Shown here piece by piece: positions 10,489-21,589 of a stretch of 64,000 nucleotides of DNA (position 1 is the stretch's first letter; every line of letters begins with the position of its first letter). The translations under genes were made by a program, and so were the position numbers. The DNA is from an uncultured Thermoleophilia bacterium. Its GTDB lineage: Bacteria; Actinomycetota; Thermoleophilia; RBG-16-64-13. The stretch lies in assembly GCA_963749535.1 (NCBI GenBank), contig CAVVNF010000014.1, positions 2,335-66,334 on the forward strand. The letters run 5' to 3'. Under the pieces are notes generated by a model. That model saw only the letters and a list, made by a program, of their open reading frames with translations. It did no database searches and was not told the origin of the DNA.

Positions 10489-11409
10489 ATGCCGGAGGCG
10501 GACTTTAGCCCCAGCCGCGGGTTCGCGGCGGGCCCGCGCAGCGCGGCCCGCTCGGCAGGCGTTTACGGCATCCGTTTCCTGCGGCTCGTCAAATTCGAGC
10601 ACTCCGTGTTCGCGCTACCGTTCGCCTATGCCGCGGCATTCCTCGCTGGGATGCAGGTTCCCGGCTTCTGGCGGATGTTCTGGATCACCGTGGCCATGGT
10701 CTCGGCCCGTAGTCTGGGAATGGCGGTCAACCGTCTGATCGACGCCAGGATCGACGCGTTGAACCCGCGCACCGCCGGTCGCGAGATCCCCGCCGGACTG
10801 CTCAGTCGATGGCACGTGTGGCTTTTCACGCTGGCCAGCCTGGGCGTTCTGATCGTTGCCACCTTCAATCTGCCCGTGATCACGCGGTACCTGTGGCCGA
10901 TCGTAGTCATCCCGATGTTGATCTATCCGTTCACGAAGCGCTGGACATGGCTGTGCCACCTACTGCTTGGGGCAGCGGACGGTCTCGGACCAGTTGGAGC
11001 CTGGGTGGCCGTGACGGGGAAGGTCACCTGGGAGCCCTTCGTCTTGGGTGCCGCTGTTGCGCTGTGGATAGCCGGCTTCGACGTGATCTATGCATTTATG
11101 GACATCACTGTGGACCGGTCTCAGGGCCTGCACTCCATCCCGGCCGATCTCGGCCACAAGGCCGGCTTGTGGAGCACTCGCGGCTTCCACGCCGCAGCGG
11201 TGCTCCTGTTGGCCTGGGTGGGCTACATCCAGAGTGCCGGCCCGCTCTACTACGCCGGTGTTGCGATCTGCGCCATCCTCCTGTTCTACGAGAACTGGCT
11301 CATGAGAAAGGTAGACCTGACTAAGGTGGGTGTCGCCTTCATGACCATGAACGGCCTCTTGAGCGTCGTATTCCTGGCGTTCACGACGATGGCCCTTTTC
11401 GTGCGATGA
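10489..11409 (+). CDS. mqnP: UbiA-family polyprenyltransferase
   Basis: VKFEHSVFALPFAY, NRLIDARIDALNPRTAGREIP, GFDVIYA..D. Confidence 0.88.
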   Translation: MPEADFSPSRGFAAGPRSAARSAGVYGIRFLRLVKFEHSVFALPFAYAAAFLAGMQVPGFWRMFWITVAMVSARSLGMAVNRLIDARIDALNPRTAGREIPAGLLSRWHVWLFTLASLGVLIVATFNLPVITRYLWPIVVIPMLIYPFTKRWTWLCHLLLGAADGLGPVGAWVAVTGKVTWEPFVLGAAVALWIAGFDVIYAFMDITVDRSQGLHSIPADLGHKAGLWSTRGFHAAAVLLLAWVGYIQSAGPLYYAGVAICAILLFYENWLMRKVDLTKVGVAFMTMNGLLSVVFLAFTTMALFVR

Positions 11410-12116
11410 CCCCGGTCGACGCGACTCCTGAACCACGCAAGATACGGCAGATGTTCGACGAGATCGCTACGTCGTACGATCGTCTCAACGACCTGATGAC
11501 GGCGGGGCTGCACCATCGCTGGAGGGAGTTAGGAGTAATGCTCACGCAAGTGGGGCCGGGCTCCTCCGTCCTCGACGTGTGTTGCGGCACTGGCGACTTC
11601 GCGTTCGCCGCGCGCAAGGTGATCGGGCCGGAGGGTCGGGTGGTCGGCGTAGACGTGTCGGAGCGGATGTTGAGCGTCGCGCGCGAAAAGAGCGGACGGA
11701 ACCAACTATACGTCGACTTCCGGACGGCCGATGTGTTGGAACTGCCCTTCGCGGACGGCGAATTCGACGCCTGCACGGTCGGTTTTGGCATTCGGAATGT
11801 GTCTGAGATAGTGCGGGCCTTCGGCGAGATGCGCCGGGTGTGCCGCCCTGGAGGCAGGGTGGTCTGCCTGGAGATAACCCAGCCGCAGATCCCGGTGTTC
11901 AAGCAGTTCTACAGCATGTGGTTCACTCACACTGTGCCGTGGCTGGGGCGGCTGGCGGCGCACGATGCGTCCGCGTACAGCTATCTACCGGCCTCGGTTC
12001 GGCGCTTCCCCGATCCCGATACCCTGCGGGGTCTGATGGAACAAGCCGGGCTGAGGAACGTGCGCTACGAGATCTTGGCGGGGGGCATCATCGCCCTGCA
12101 CCACGCGACCGTGTAG
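11406..12116 (+). CDS. menG: Demethylmenaquinone methyltransferase
   Basis: YDRLND, LDVCCGTGD, GFGIRNV, AYSYLPASV. Confidence 0.92.
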   Translation: MTPVDATPEPRKIRQMFDEIATSYDRLNDLMTAGLHHRWRELGVMLTQVGPGSSVLDVCCGTGDFAFAARKVIGPEGRVVGVDVSERMLSVAREKSGRNQLYVDFRTADVLELPFADGEFDACTVGFGIRNVSEIVRAFGEMRRVCRPGGRVVCLEITQPQIPVFKQFYSMWFTHTVPWLGRLAAHDASAYSYLPASVRRFPDPDTLRGLMEQAGLRNVRYEILAGGIIALHHATV

Positions 12117-12273
12117 GCGCGGCGGCGGATAGACCACCGTTGGGGTCGCGGCGCCGTCGTCAGGCATGAATCGGGACATCCTGCGCGCGGGGCCCGTCGC
12201 GGCCGCTCCGGTGGGGTGCTTGTTGCGACGCCATGCGTGTGGCGCAGTGGGCCCAGGTGCTAGACTCCGCTGC

Positions 12274-13425
12274 ATGTCTGCTGCAATGGCTCTCGAACCC
12301 CTCGCCCTCGTTGAAGAAAAGGTCGCTCGCGGCGAACGCCTGGATCTTCGCGACGGCATAACGCTCTTCGAGTCCGACGACCTGATGCGGGTCGGCCGGC
12401 TCGCGGACGGGGCGCCGGCGGGCGAAGGTGGGCGACGAAGCCTACTTCGTGGTGAACCGCCACATCAACTACACCAACATGTGCCGCAACCACTGCCGGT
12501 TCTGCGCTTTCTCGCGCGACGCAGGACGAAGCTGGTGCCTACACGTTGACCGTGGACGAGGTGGTTGACAAGGCGCGCGAGGCTGCCGCCAGGGAGCGAC
12601 GGAGATCCACATCGTGGGCGGAGAGCATCCCGACCATGCCGTACGCTGCCGTTCGGGCGATGATCACGGGGATCCACCGGGTAGCCCCAGAGGTCCACAT
12701 CAAAGGCTTTCACTGCGTCGGAGATCGCCCATTTCGCGCAGCCGAGAAAGGGTCTCTGTGCGAGAGAGTTGCTCCGCGACCTCAAGACCGCGGGAGTCGC
12801 AGCCTGCCGGGGGCGGAGCCGAGATATTCGCCGCGGAAGTGCGCGAAGCGGTGTGCCCAACAAAGATCTCGGGCGAACAGTGGCTCGAGGTGCATCAGAT
12901 GGCGCATCGGGTGGGGCTCAAGACCACGGCCACCATGCTCTACGGCCACGTGGAGACGGTCGGCGCAACGGGTCGACCACCTGCTCAGGCTGCGGCCGCC
13001 CAGGACCAGACCGGGGGGTTCCTGGCTTTCATCCCGCTCGCTTTTCAGCCTAAGAACACGCGTCTCTCGCACCTGCCCGGCCCCACCGGCACGGATGATC
13101 TCAAGGTGCTCGCGGTCGCCCGCCTGCTGCTCGACAACATCGCCCATATCAAAACGTACTGGGTGATGACCGGCCTGAAGCTCGCCCAGGTGGGCCTGTT
13201 CTTCGGCGCCGACGATCTGGACGGGACCGTGGTGGAGGAGGTCATCTCCCTGATGTCTGGGGCGGACCACGGCCAGGTGGTTCCCAAAAGCGAACTGGTC
13301 CGGGTGATCCAAGACGCGGGCCGCGTGCCGGTTGAACGCGACGCCCTGTACAACGTCGTCGAGCGTTTCGGCTCGAGGCGCGACACGCGCCTGAAGCGGT
13401 CGAGGCGGGGAGAAGGCCGGCATGA
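12274..13425 (+). CDS. mqnE: Aminofutalosine synthase (radical SAM), frameshifted
   Basis: [51 protein letters not shown] across frames. Confidence 0.85.
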
Positions 13426-14396
13426 CGGTCAGGGTGGGCCACATCGAGTTCCTGAACTGCTACCCGCTGTATTACGGGCTGCAGCAGCGCGGCACCCTGG
13501 ACCGGCGGGAGATCGAATTCGTGCGGGGCGTGCCCACCGATCTCAACCGCATGCTGCTGGACGGATCCGATCGATTTCGGGCCCATCAGCTCTATCGCCT
13601 ACGCTCGAGATCACCGGCAGTCTGGTCCTTTCCCGTCGTTTGAGCATCTCGTCCTTCGGCGCGGTCGACAGTATCCAGCTCGTCACCCGACGGCCCCTGA
13701 GCGAGGTGCGGACGCGTGGCCCTCACGTCGCAGAGCGCCACGTCGGTCGCCTTGCTCAAGACGATGCTCAAGCTGCGCTTCGGCCAGGAGATCGAATATG
13801 GTCCCTTGGAGGGGTCGCCCGCGGCAGCCCTGAAGCAGTACGATGCGGCCCTGGTGATCGGCGACGAAGGGCTCACGGCCCTCTATTTCCCGGCGGCCGG
13901 TACCACCTGCTACGACCTGGGCGAGATGTGGCAGGCCTGGACCGGCCTGCCCATGGTGTATGCGGTGTGGGCCACTCGCGACGAATTCGCGACCGAGGAA
14001 AGCACCGGATTGGCCGCGGTCGAAGAAGAGCTCGTGCGGTCGATGGACTTCGGCCGGGAACATCTGCCCCAGGTCGTAGCCTCGGCCGCCGGACGCTTCC
14101 GCTTCGGCGAGGACTGTCTCACGCGGTACTTTCAGGTGCTGTTGTACGACTTCCCAGAGGAATACCAGCGGGGCCTCCACCGCTTCTTCGAGCTGGCCTG
14201 CGAGGCAGGAGAATTGCCTGAAGTCCCGCCGTTCCGTTTTCTCGACGACCTTCCGGACCTTCGCGGAGGGCCATCCCGCTTGGCGGCCGGTCGCGGAGGG
14301 TCATCACGGTCGGGGGCCGAGCCGGCGGCCGGAGGCGCAGGTGCGCAGGCTTCGACGGCCGCGTCTCCTCCCGCCGGACGAGCAGAAGACCGCTGA
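13422..14396 (+). CDS. mqnA: Chorismate dehydratase, frameshifted
   Basis: VGHIEFLNCYPLYYGL, QSATSVALLK, LVIGDEGL, DLGEMWQAWTGLPMVYAVW. Confidence 0.88.
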
Positions 14397-14435
14397 CCTT
14401 GGACGTTTCGGACGGCATCGGCCGACGCGAGTCCC

Positions 14436-15474
14436 ATGGCCGGGCGCATGACCGATGAGGAGGCTCTCTCGCTCCTGCGTCCCGCGACCTGCTGGAGCTG
14501 GGGCGCCGGGCGGACGAGATGCGCAGGCGCAAGATCCCCGGCGGTCAAGTCACGTTCATCGTGGACCGCAACATCAACTACACCAACGTCTGCGTCTCGG
14601 GCTGCGCGTTCTGCGCCTTCTACTGCAAGCCGGGCTCCCCGGAAGCATACCTCCTGTCTCGCGAGGCCATCTTCACGAAGATCCAGGAGACGATGGATCT
14701 GGGCGGCACAGCGATCATGCTGCAGGGGGGCTGCACCCCGACCTGGACGTGACGTATTTCGAGGAGCTCTTCCGCGCCATCAAGGAGCGGTTCGACATCA
14801 CCATCCACTCGCTCTCACCCCCTGAGATCGCCCACATCTCCAGGATCAGCGACCTTTCCATACGCGACACGCTCGAACGGCTGCAGGCCGCGGGACTGGA
14901 TTCGCTACCGGGCGGCGGCGCGGAGATCCTCGTGGATCGTGTGCGGCAAGAGGTGGCCCCCGGCAAAGCGAGCGCCAAGGTGTGGCTGGAGGTGATGCGG
15001 GAAGCGCACCGCCTGGGCATCCCCGGCACCGCGACCATGATGTTCGGCAGCGTCGAGACTCTCGAAGAGAGCGTGGCGCACCTGCGTGCTATCCGCGATC
15101 TGCAAGACGAGACCGGCGGCTTTCGGGCGTTCATTCCCTGGACCTTCCAGTCCGGGCACACGGGGCTGGAGGGCCTCACCGAGCAGGCGACGGGCGTGGA
15201 GTATCTGACCATGTTGGCGGTCTCGCGCCTCTATCTTGACAACGTCCGCAATATCCAGGCGTCCTGGGTCACGCAGGGACTGAAGATGGGTCAGGTGGCC
15301 CTCCGGTTCGGCGCGAACGATCTCGGGAGCACGATGATCGAGGAGAACGTGGTGGCGGCCACCGGGTTGCGGGTGAGCGCGAACCGCGAGGACTTGGTCC
15401 ACGCCATCCGGCGCGCCGGTTACACGCCGGTGCAGCGGCGGACGGACTACTCTGTCGTGCGCGTGTTCGACTGA
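14436..15474 (+). CDS. mqnC: Cyclic dehypoxanthine futalosine synthase (radical SAM), frameshifted
   Basis: DRNINYTNVCVSGCAFCAF, HSLSPPE, PGGGAEIL, NIQASWVTQG, MIEENVV. Confidence 0.9.
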
Positions 15475-15565
15475 CTCTGGCGTCGTCGCCGCGGCGGCCG
15501 CCTTGGGCCGCTCCGGCTCCGCCGGACTCGGCGCGGCTCAGCTGCTGCCGGCAGCGCGCCCGAGG

Positions 15566-16378
15566 TCAGGAGTAGAAACCAGGCGCCCTTGTGTATTGTG
15601 CGAAGCTCTCGGCCTCGTGAGAGAAGAAGAGCTCGCATCCTTCCTCTGTGGCGAGCGAAGCGAGCCGCTCCATCGACTTGACGGAGGCCACGGGGTCGAA
15701 GTGGAAGCTCGCGATGCACCCGGTCTCGAGACTGCGGCTGCCGTACGCTGCGTCCGCCGTGAACAGCATCTTGCGTCCCGAGTCCAGCTCGACCAGAAGG
15801 CTGCAATGGCCGGCCGAGTGCCCGGGAGTCTCGATCAGCCGCACTCCATCCAGGATCTCCGTGTCGCCGGACAGCAGTTCGAACCGGGGCCGGAAAGTGC
15901 CCGCGCCCTGTGCCTCCGCGTCCGGTCTTCCACCAACCGGAATCCTTTCGATCTGGGGGGCGAAGCTCAGGTCGGAATAGCCGAGGGCCTCAAAGCTCTG
16001 GGGATGCTCGGCAGCCTCATATTCCAGCCGGTGGCACAAGAAGGAGGCGTTGTGCATCAGATTGTTGGCGCCGCAGTGGTCGAAATGGAAGTGTGAGTTG
16101 ACGACGTGGGTGACTTCGTCCACCCGGTATCCGGCTAGAGCGAGTTGCCCAGGCACGCTCTGCTCTGGGCTCTGCTCAGGCTTCTCGAAAGGCAGGACTC
16201 TCTGAGTGTGCTCGAGCCCGAACCCCGTATCGAACAAGATCTTGCCCTCTGGATGGTCTATCAGGACTGAGTAGCACGGGATCCGTACCGGGCCGCCGGG
16301 ACCGCGATTCCAGAAGATGTGGAACCCGTCCATCTCCAAAGTTCCTCCATCCAACAAGAAGACCCTTGATGCCTTCAT
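15566..16378 (-). CDS. pldA: 4-pyridoxolactonase homologue (MBL fold, AHL-lactonase family)
   Basis: HFHFDH metal motif; segments LLDGG..DG.H.FWNRGPGG, VLPFEKP, LGYSDLSF, FH.DPVA match my recollection of Mesorhizobium loti Mlr6805. Confidence 0.85.
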   Translation of the reverse strand: MKASRVFLLDGGTLEMDGFHIFWNRGPGGPVRIPCYSVLIDHPEGKILFDTGFGLEHTQRVLPFEKPEQSPEQSVPGQLALAGYRVDEVTHVVNSHFHFDHCGANNLMHNASFLCHRLEYEAAEHPQSFEALGYSDLSFAPQIERIPVGGRPDAEAQGAGTFRPRFELLSGDTEILDGVRLIETPGHSAGHCSLLVELDSGRKMLFTADAAYGSRSLETGCIASFHFDPVASVKSMERLASLATEEGCELFFSHEAESFAQYTRAPGFYS

Positions 16379-16486
16379 CCGCGCACCTCCCGCTGTGGAG
16401 CATCGAAATGGCTATTTCATGGCCGTGTGGTCATATCGGCGACTACTGAGCCGGAGCTAGTCTGACTGCCAGATGTGAGTATTGAG

Positions 16487-16515
16487 TTGCCATTAACTAC
16501 CTGACTTGATATAAG
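16487..16515 (+). promoter_or_regulatory. Candidate sigma70 promoter of the B6 operon
   Basis: TTGCCA-17 bp-TATAAG with extended TG; ACTACCTG in the spacer. Confidence 0.45.
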
Positions 16516-16597
16516 GACATTTAGGAAGCACAATCATTGCTGATTTGGTCCGGCAGGGCAAGAGGCCGGGCCTTCCGGGCCAAAGTCACTGCAGCAG

Positions 16598-17395
16598 TTG
16601 GGGGACTCCAAGTTGACTTCGAGCGTGGGTGATTCCTTGCCGGGTAGCGTCCCGACGCCTGATGTTTCGCGGCGGCCGTTGGTCTTCGACGCCCATATGC
16701 ATATTGGCGATTTCCCTCTCTTTGGCGTCTCGCTCGACCAAGCCGGCCTCGCCTCGACCATGCGTGCCAGCGGCATCGGCAAAGGCGTCATCTTCAGCCC
16801 TGACAACGCCGAAACGCTCCGTATCGTCGACAGCGATCCGGACGTGTACGGCATGGTGTGGGTCAATCCGCGCCAACCAGGCTACGTTGAAGACGCGGCA
16901 CGGTACCTGGACCACCCGAAGTTCCTCGGTGTCAAACTGCACCCGTTGATGGACGGCTATCTGCCCGCCGACCCAGCGATACATCCCATCATGAGACTTC
17001 TGGGGGAGCGGGGTCTGTCGGTACTCATTCACAGCGGTCACCCCATCTTTTCGCTACCGTGGAGCATCGAAGAACTGGCGGTGGCTTTCCCCGAGATCAA
17101 GATCATCATGGGGCACATGGGCCACAGCAACGTGGTCTACATCAATGCCTCCATCGACATCGCACTGCGCCGGCCGAACGTGTATCTGGAGACTTCCGGG
17201 ATGCCGATGCACACGAAGATACGCGAAGCCGTGGAGCGCGTCGGGCCCGATCGAGTCCTTTACGGGTCGGACGCGCCTTTCCACCATCCAGATGTGGAGA
17301 TGCTCAAGGTGAGGCTGAGTGGACTTTCCGACGACCTCGTCGAGAGGGTTTTGCGAACGAACGCCGAGCAGCTCTTCGGCGTTGCGTGCTGTTGA
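16598..17395 (+). CDS. Amidohydrolase_2 family metallohydrolase (start uncertain)
   Basis: DAHMH, GVKLHP, IHSG, GHMG, YGSDAPF. Confidence 0.88.
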   Translation: MGDSKLTSSVGDSLPGSVPTPDVSRRPLVFDAHMHIGDFPLFGVSLDQAGLASTMRASGIGKGVIFSPDNAETLRIVDSDPDVYGMVWVNPRQPGYVEDAARYLDHPKFLGVKLHPLMDGYLPADPAIHPIMRLLGERGLSVLIHSGHPIFSLPWSIEELAVAFPEIKIIMGHMGHSNVVYINASIDIALRRPNVYLETSGMPMHTKIREAVERVGPDRVLYGSDAPFHHPDVEMLKVRLSGLSDDLVERVLRTNAEQLFGVACC

Positions 17396-17566
17396 GAGAC
17401 CATCGCGAGGCTGCTTTGCGGCCGCGTGGGTTGGCGCGCTCTCGCCGTGTCATCAAAGGGAAAAGAGGCACAAGGGGGTGAGAACAAGGAGATAGGAAGC
17501 CTTGGGGGGAGGCGAGAGTATGCCCCCTTGCTCCGTAACGAAAGAAAGGGGAAGGGCATCGTGAGG

Positions 17567-18758
17567 ATGACAAGAAAACACGGTTTGCTACTGGTTCTTG
17601 CTTTGGTAGCAGTGCTCGCGATCGTGGGGGGCATCATGGCGGGCTGCGGCTCGTCCACCACGACCACCACCGCGGTAACGACTGCCACCACCGTCGCGCC
17701 TGGGACCACCACCACGGCCTCCGGGCCGACGACCACGGCCTCTGGGCCGACCACCACGGCCGCGCAAACGACGACGACCGTCGCCGCGGTCCCGAACACG
17801 AAGATCCACAAGATCGGTATCATCACGCCTGAGGTCGCCAAGGACTACGGTTGGAACCAGCAGGGCGTCCAATCCGCCAAGAACGTGGCCACCGCCCTTG
17901 GCGTTCCGATCGTCGTCAATGACGGCGCCGGCTACGGCGACATCTCTCCCATCCTGCGTCAGCTGCATCAATCCGGAGCGGACTTCATGATTGCCTTTGC
18001 GAGCGGCTACAACACCGTTGGTCCGACGGTGGCCCAGGAGCTAAAGATCCCGACGCTCGTGATCGGTGCCAATGAGGCAGGGCGACGTGCCCGGCCTGGT
18101 CCAGGACATCGAGACCAACGCGCAGGACGGTGCCTACCTGGCCGGCGTACTCGCGGCCAAGACCACGAAGAGCAAGACTGTCGGTATCGTCATCTCCGCA
18201 GACGACGAGAACTGGACCAAGATGGCGGCTGGTTTCGCCACCGGTGTCCGTGCCACCGACCCCAGCGTCAAGATGCTCATGGCTCAGGTAGGTCAAGCCG
18301 CCTACGCTGATGCCGCGGCAGCCAAACGGACCACGCAGAGCGTGATAGCGGGCGGAGCCGACATCATCTTCGGTATGGGCGACGGCGCCAGCTTCGGCGA
18401 GATGCAGGCCGTCGAGACTGCGACCCCACCCGCCGGCGCGACAAAAGTCTGGTTCATCGACGTGATCGGCGACAAGACCAGCATCGATACCAAGCATGTC
18501 CTCCTGTCGTCTCAGATCTGGGACTACACCCCAGCCTTCCAGGCCGCCGCTGACGCTCTGAACAGCGGGACCTTCGGTACCAAGGTCCTCTACATCAACC
18601 TTGAGAACAACGGCATCGGCCTCCTGAAGACCCCGTACATTCCCGATGATCTGTGGGCCACCATCCAGCAGGCCAAAGCCGACATCATCTCCGGCAAGAT
18701 CTCGGTTCCGGTCATCACGGACAAATCTCAGGTAACGAAGTTAGTCAACGGCCAATAA
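17567..18758 (+). CDS. BMP-family ABC substrate-binding lipoprotein (frameshift ~18080)
   Basis: Lipobox MAGC, TTTASGP linker repeats, DYGWNQQG, GAYLAGVLAA, GADIIFG. Confidence 0.9.
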
Positions 18759-18814
18759 CTCTCGACTAACCGGGGTTCGTGACCACCCCGGGCGACAACG
18801 ATTGGGCGGTGAAA

Positions 18815-20431
18815 ATGGCACCTTTAGGTGTGGTGGATAATGCCGCGGCGCCCGACGTAAAGTCTGTGGCGCCATCGGCAATCGAATTGATCGGAATCAC
18901 CAAACGATTTCCCGGGGTGGTCGCGAACGACGACGTGAGTCTCAAGCTCACCTGCGGAGAGGTCCATTGCCTCCTGGGTGAGAACGGGGCGGGCAAGTCG
19001 ACACTTATGAACATCCTATCGGGCATGTATCACGCCGATTCGGGCGAGATATTGCTCGACGGCAAGGCAGTAGAGATCGATTCACCAAAGAAGGCGCTGG
19101 AGCTGGGGATCGGGACGGTCTATCAGCACAGCACCTTGATTCCGGTGTTGACCGTGCTGGAGAACCTCATGTTGGGGATGGGAAAAGGGGTCCAGCTTCC
19201 CGTTAAGGCCTCGTTGACCGCTCTCAAGGAACTGGCCAGCAGCCTGGACATCGAGGTGGACCCGTACGCGGTGACCGGCCGCCTTTCTCTGGGACAGCAA
19301 CAGCAGATCGAGATAATCAAGGCCCTGTGGCAAGGTTCTCAGTTCCTCATCCTCGATGAGCCTACGTCGATGCTCACTCCCCAGGGCATCGCCGAATTGG
19401 AGAAGCTGATACGGCGGCTGACGGACCAAGGGTTGGCGATTGTCTTCATCACCCACAAGCTGCGCGAAGCGCTCGACGTAGGTGACCGCATCTCGATCCT
19501 GCGCCGCGGCCGCATGATCGCCGGGCTCGAGCCCGCCGAGCTCCATGGCGCTTCTCGAGAAGAGACTCAGGCAAAGATCATCAGCTTGATGTTCGGCCAG
19601 GAAAAAGCCCAACTCGCGGACGTGGCTGAGATCCGCGACGATATCTCCGGCAGGCATGGGCGACAGATCACCACGGCACCCATCCTGGAGATTGAGGACA
19701 TGAGCGTGGAACCACGGCGAGGCGAAGTAGGCGCTCACAACATCTCGCTCACGGTCAGGGCGGGAGAGATCATGGGGGTCGCCGGTGTCGACGGCAACGG
19801 GCAGAGGGAGCTGGCGGAAGCCATCGCCGGTCAGCGGCATGTTCACTCAGGCCACATCAAGTTCCTCGGGCACCCGATAACACACCTCAGCGTGGCCAAG
19901 CGTCAGCAAATGGGGTTGCGGTATGTGACCGACGACCGCTTGGGGGAGGGGATCGTCTCCTCCATCGACGTGGCTACCAACCTGGTGCTGAAGAGAATCG
20001 GCCAACCGCCGTTCTGGCGTTCCGCAGGCAGGGTCTGCACGCCGGTGATACACCAGACCGCCAGGGAGTTGGTGGAGGAGTTCGATATCCGGACGCCTTC
20101 GGTGACAACCGACTGCGGCACCCTCTCCGGAGGCAACCTCCAGAAGGTAGTGCTGGCCAGAGAGCTGTCTTTCGATCCGAAGTTCGTCGTGTACAACAAG
20201 CCCACATACGGTCTCGACGTCAAGACCACCTTGGCAGTCCGCGAACGCATCCGCAAGCTGGCCGAGAAAGATCAGGTAGCAGCTCTTCTTATCTCCACCG
20301 ACCTCGAGGAGCTACTTGATGTGTGCGACCGGATCGCGGTGCTCTTCAGAGGCAGGATCACCGGGATCGTCGAAAACCAGCCGGGCGCAGCAGAGGATAT
20401 CGGGCGTCTAATGATCGGCGGAGGCGAATAG
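18815..20431 (+). CDS. ABC transporter double ATPase (nucleoside/CUT2 type)
   Basis: GENGAGKST, ILDEPT, GVDGNGQ, LSGGNLQKVVLAREL. Confidence 0.93.
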   Translation: MAPLGVVDNAAAPDVKSVAPSAIELIGITKRFPGVVANDDVSLKLTCGEVHCLLGENGAGKSTLMNILSGMYHADSGEILLDGKAVEIDSPKKALELGIGTVYQHSTLIPVLTVLENLMLGMGKGVQLPVKASLTALKELASSLDIEVDPYAVTGRLSLGQQQQIEIIKALWQGSQFLILDEPTSMLTPQGIAELEKLIRRLTDQGLAIVFITHKLREALDVGDRISILRRGRMIAGLEPAELHGASREETQAKIISLMFGQEKAQLADVAEIRDDISGRHGRQITTAPILEIEDMSVEPRRGEVGAHNISLTVRAGEIMGVAGVDGNGQRELAEAIAGQRHVHSGHIKFLGHPITHLSVAKRQQMGLRYVTDDRLGEGIVSSIDVATNLVLKRIGQPPFWRSAGRVCTPVIHQTARELVEEFDIRTPSVTTDCGTLSGGNLQKVVLARELSFDPKFVVYNKPTYGLDVKTTLAVRERIRKLAEKDQVAALLISTDLEELLDVCDRIAVLFRGRITGIVENQPGAAEDIGRLMIGGGE

Positions 20432-21589
20432 TGGCTGAAGTCTTGGACAAAAGCAAGCCTGGGGTCGCGCAAAGCGAACCCAGCGCGAAACGCGGGTTTG
20501 GGGCGCGGGCGCGCAGAGCGGGCGTCGTCTTCGGCCAGGCATTGATCCCGATCATCCTTGCCATGATCGTCAACGGGATAATCCTGGCCATCATGGGCCG
20601 TAACCCGCTTGACGTTCTACGACCAGATGTTTTCATCCGCTCTGTTCAACACGCAAGGATTTGAACAGACCATAATCAGGATGGCTCCTTTGCTGCTGAT
20701 GGCGGCCGGTCTGATCGTGGCCTTCACCGCGGGCATCTGGAACATCGGAGGTGACGGTCAGTTCCTCATGGCAGTAGCGATCGTTTGTGGCTTGGGCCCA
20801 TGGCTGATGGGGGTCGTCCCGAGGGCTCTCGGTCTGATCATCCTGCTGATCGTTTCTTTTGTTGTAGGTGGAGCGTGGACCGTGGTGCCTGCGTTCCTAA
20901 AGGCCCGGTATGCGCTGAACGAGATCATCACCTCATTGATGATGGCTTTCATCGGTATCGATCTGGCCGACATGCTCATCAAAGGGCCCTTCCGAACCCA
21001 TCTGAACACGGTACCCCAGACGAACGTGATCCCGTTTCAGAAGCTGCTTCCGAATATTCCCGGCACGACTATCCACATAGGGATCATCCTTGCCCTTGTG
21101 GTTGCCGTAGTCGTTCACTGGGCGCTGACCCGGACGGGGTTCGGCCTGAGACTGAGAATACTGGGGGCGAATCCGAGAGCGGCCGTCCACTCCGGGATAT
21201 CCGTGTTCAAGATGACCATGATCGGCTTCTTCCTGAGCGGCGCCTTCATCGGCTTGGCGGGAGGCACGGAGATCCTTGGCGTGTGGGGGTACGTCCGGGC
21301 CGACTGGAACCCGGGCTGGGGCTTCATGATGTTCGCTATCGTGTTCCTCGCCCGGCTTAACATGCTGGCCACCATTCCCATCGTTGGCTTCCTGGCAGTC
21401 GTGCAGTTGGGCGGTCACATGGCGGCTCAAAACGTCAACGTGCCCGACAACTTCATACTGCTGTTCGTGGCTCTCATCCTTCTGTTCATGGCCGTCACCG
21501 ACCTGCTGACGGGCCGCTTGTTCGGTCGCAAGCCAAAAGAGATCGTCGCGGTGACGACGACGGGGACGCTGGAGGCTATCGATGAGTGA
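20431..21589 (+). CDS. ABC permease (frameshift ~20610)
   Basis: WNIGGDGQ, NEIITSLM, GANPRAAVHSGI. Confidence 0.9.

Noticed and set aside
15566-16378. Quorum-quenching AHL lactonase
   Set aside because: Family motif fits, but specific segments and the ppaT neighbour point to 4-pyridoxolactonase
17655-17790. ACCACCACGGCCTC repeats as a CRISPR or DNA repeat element
   Set aside because: They encode the Thr-rich linker of the BMP lipoprotein; no unique spacers or cas genes
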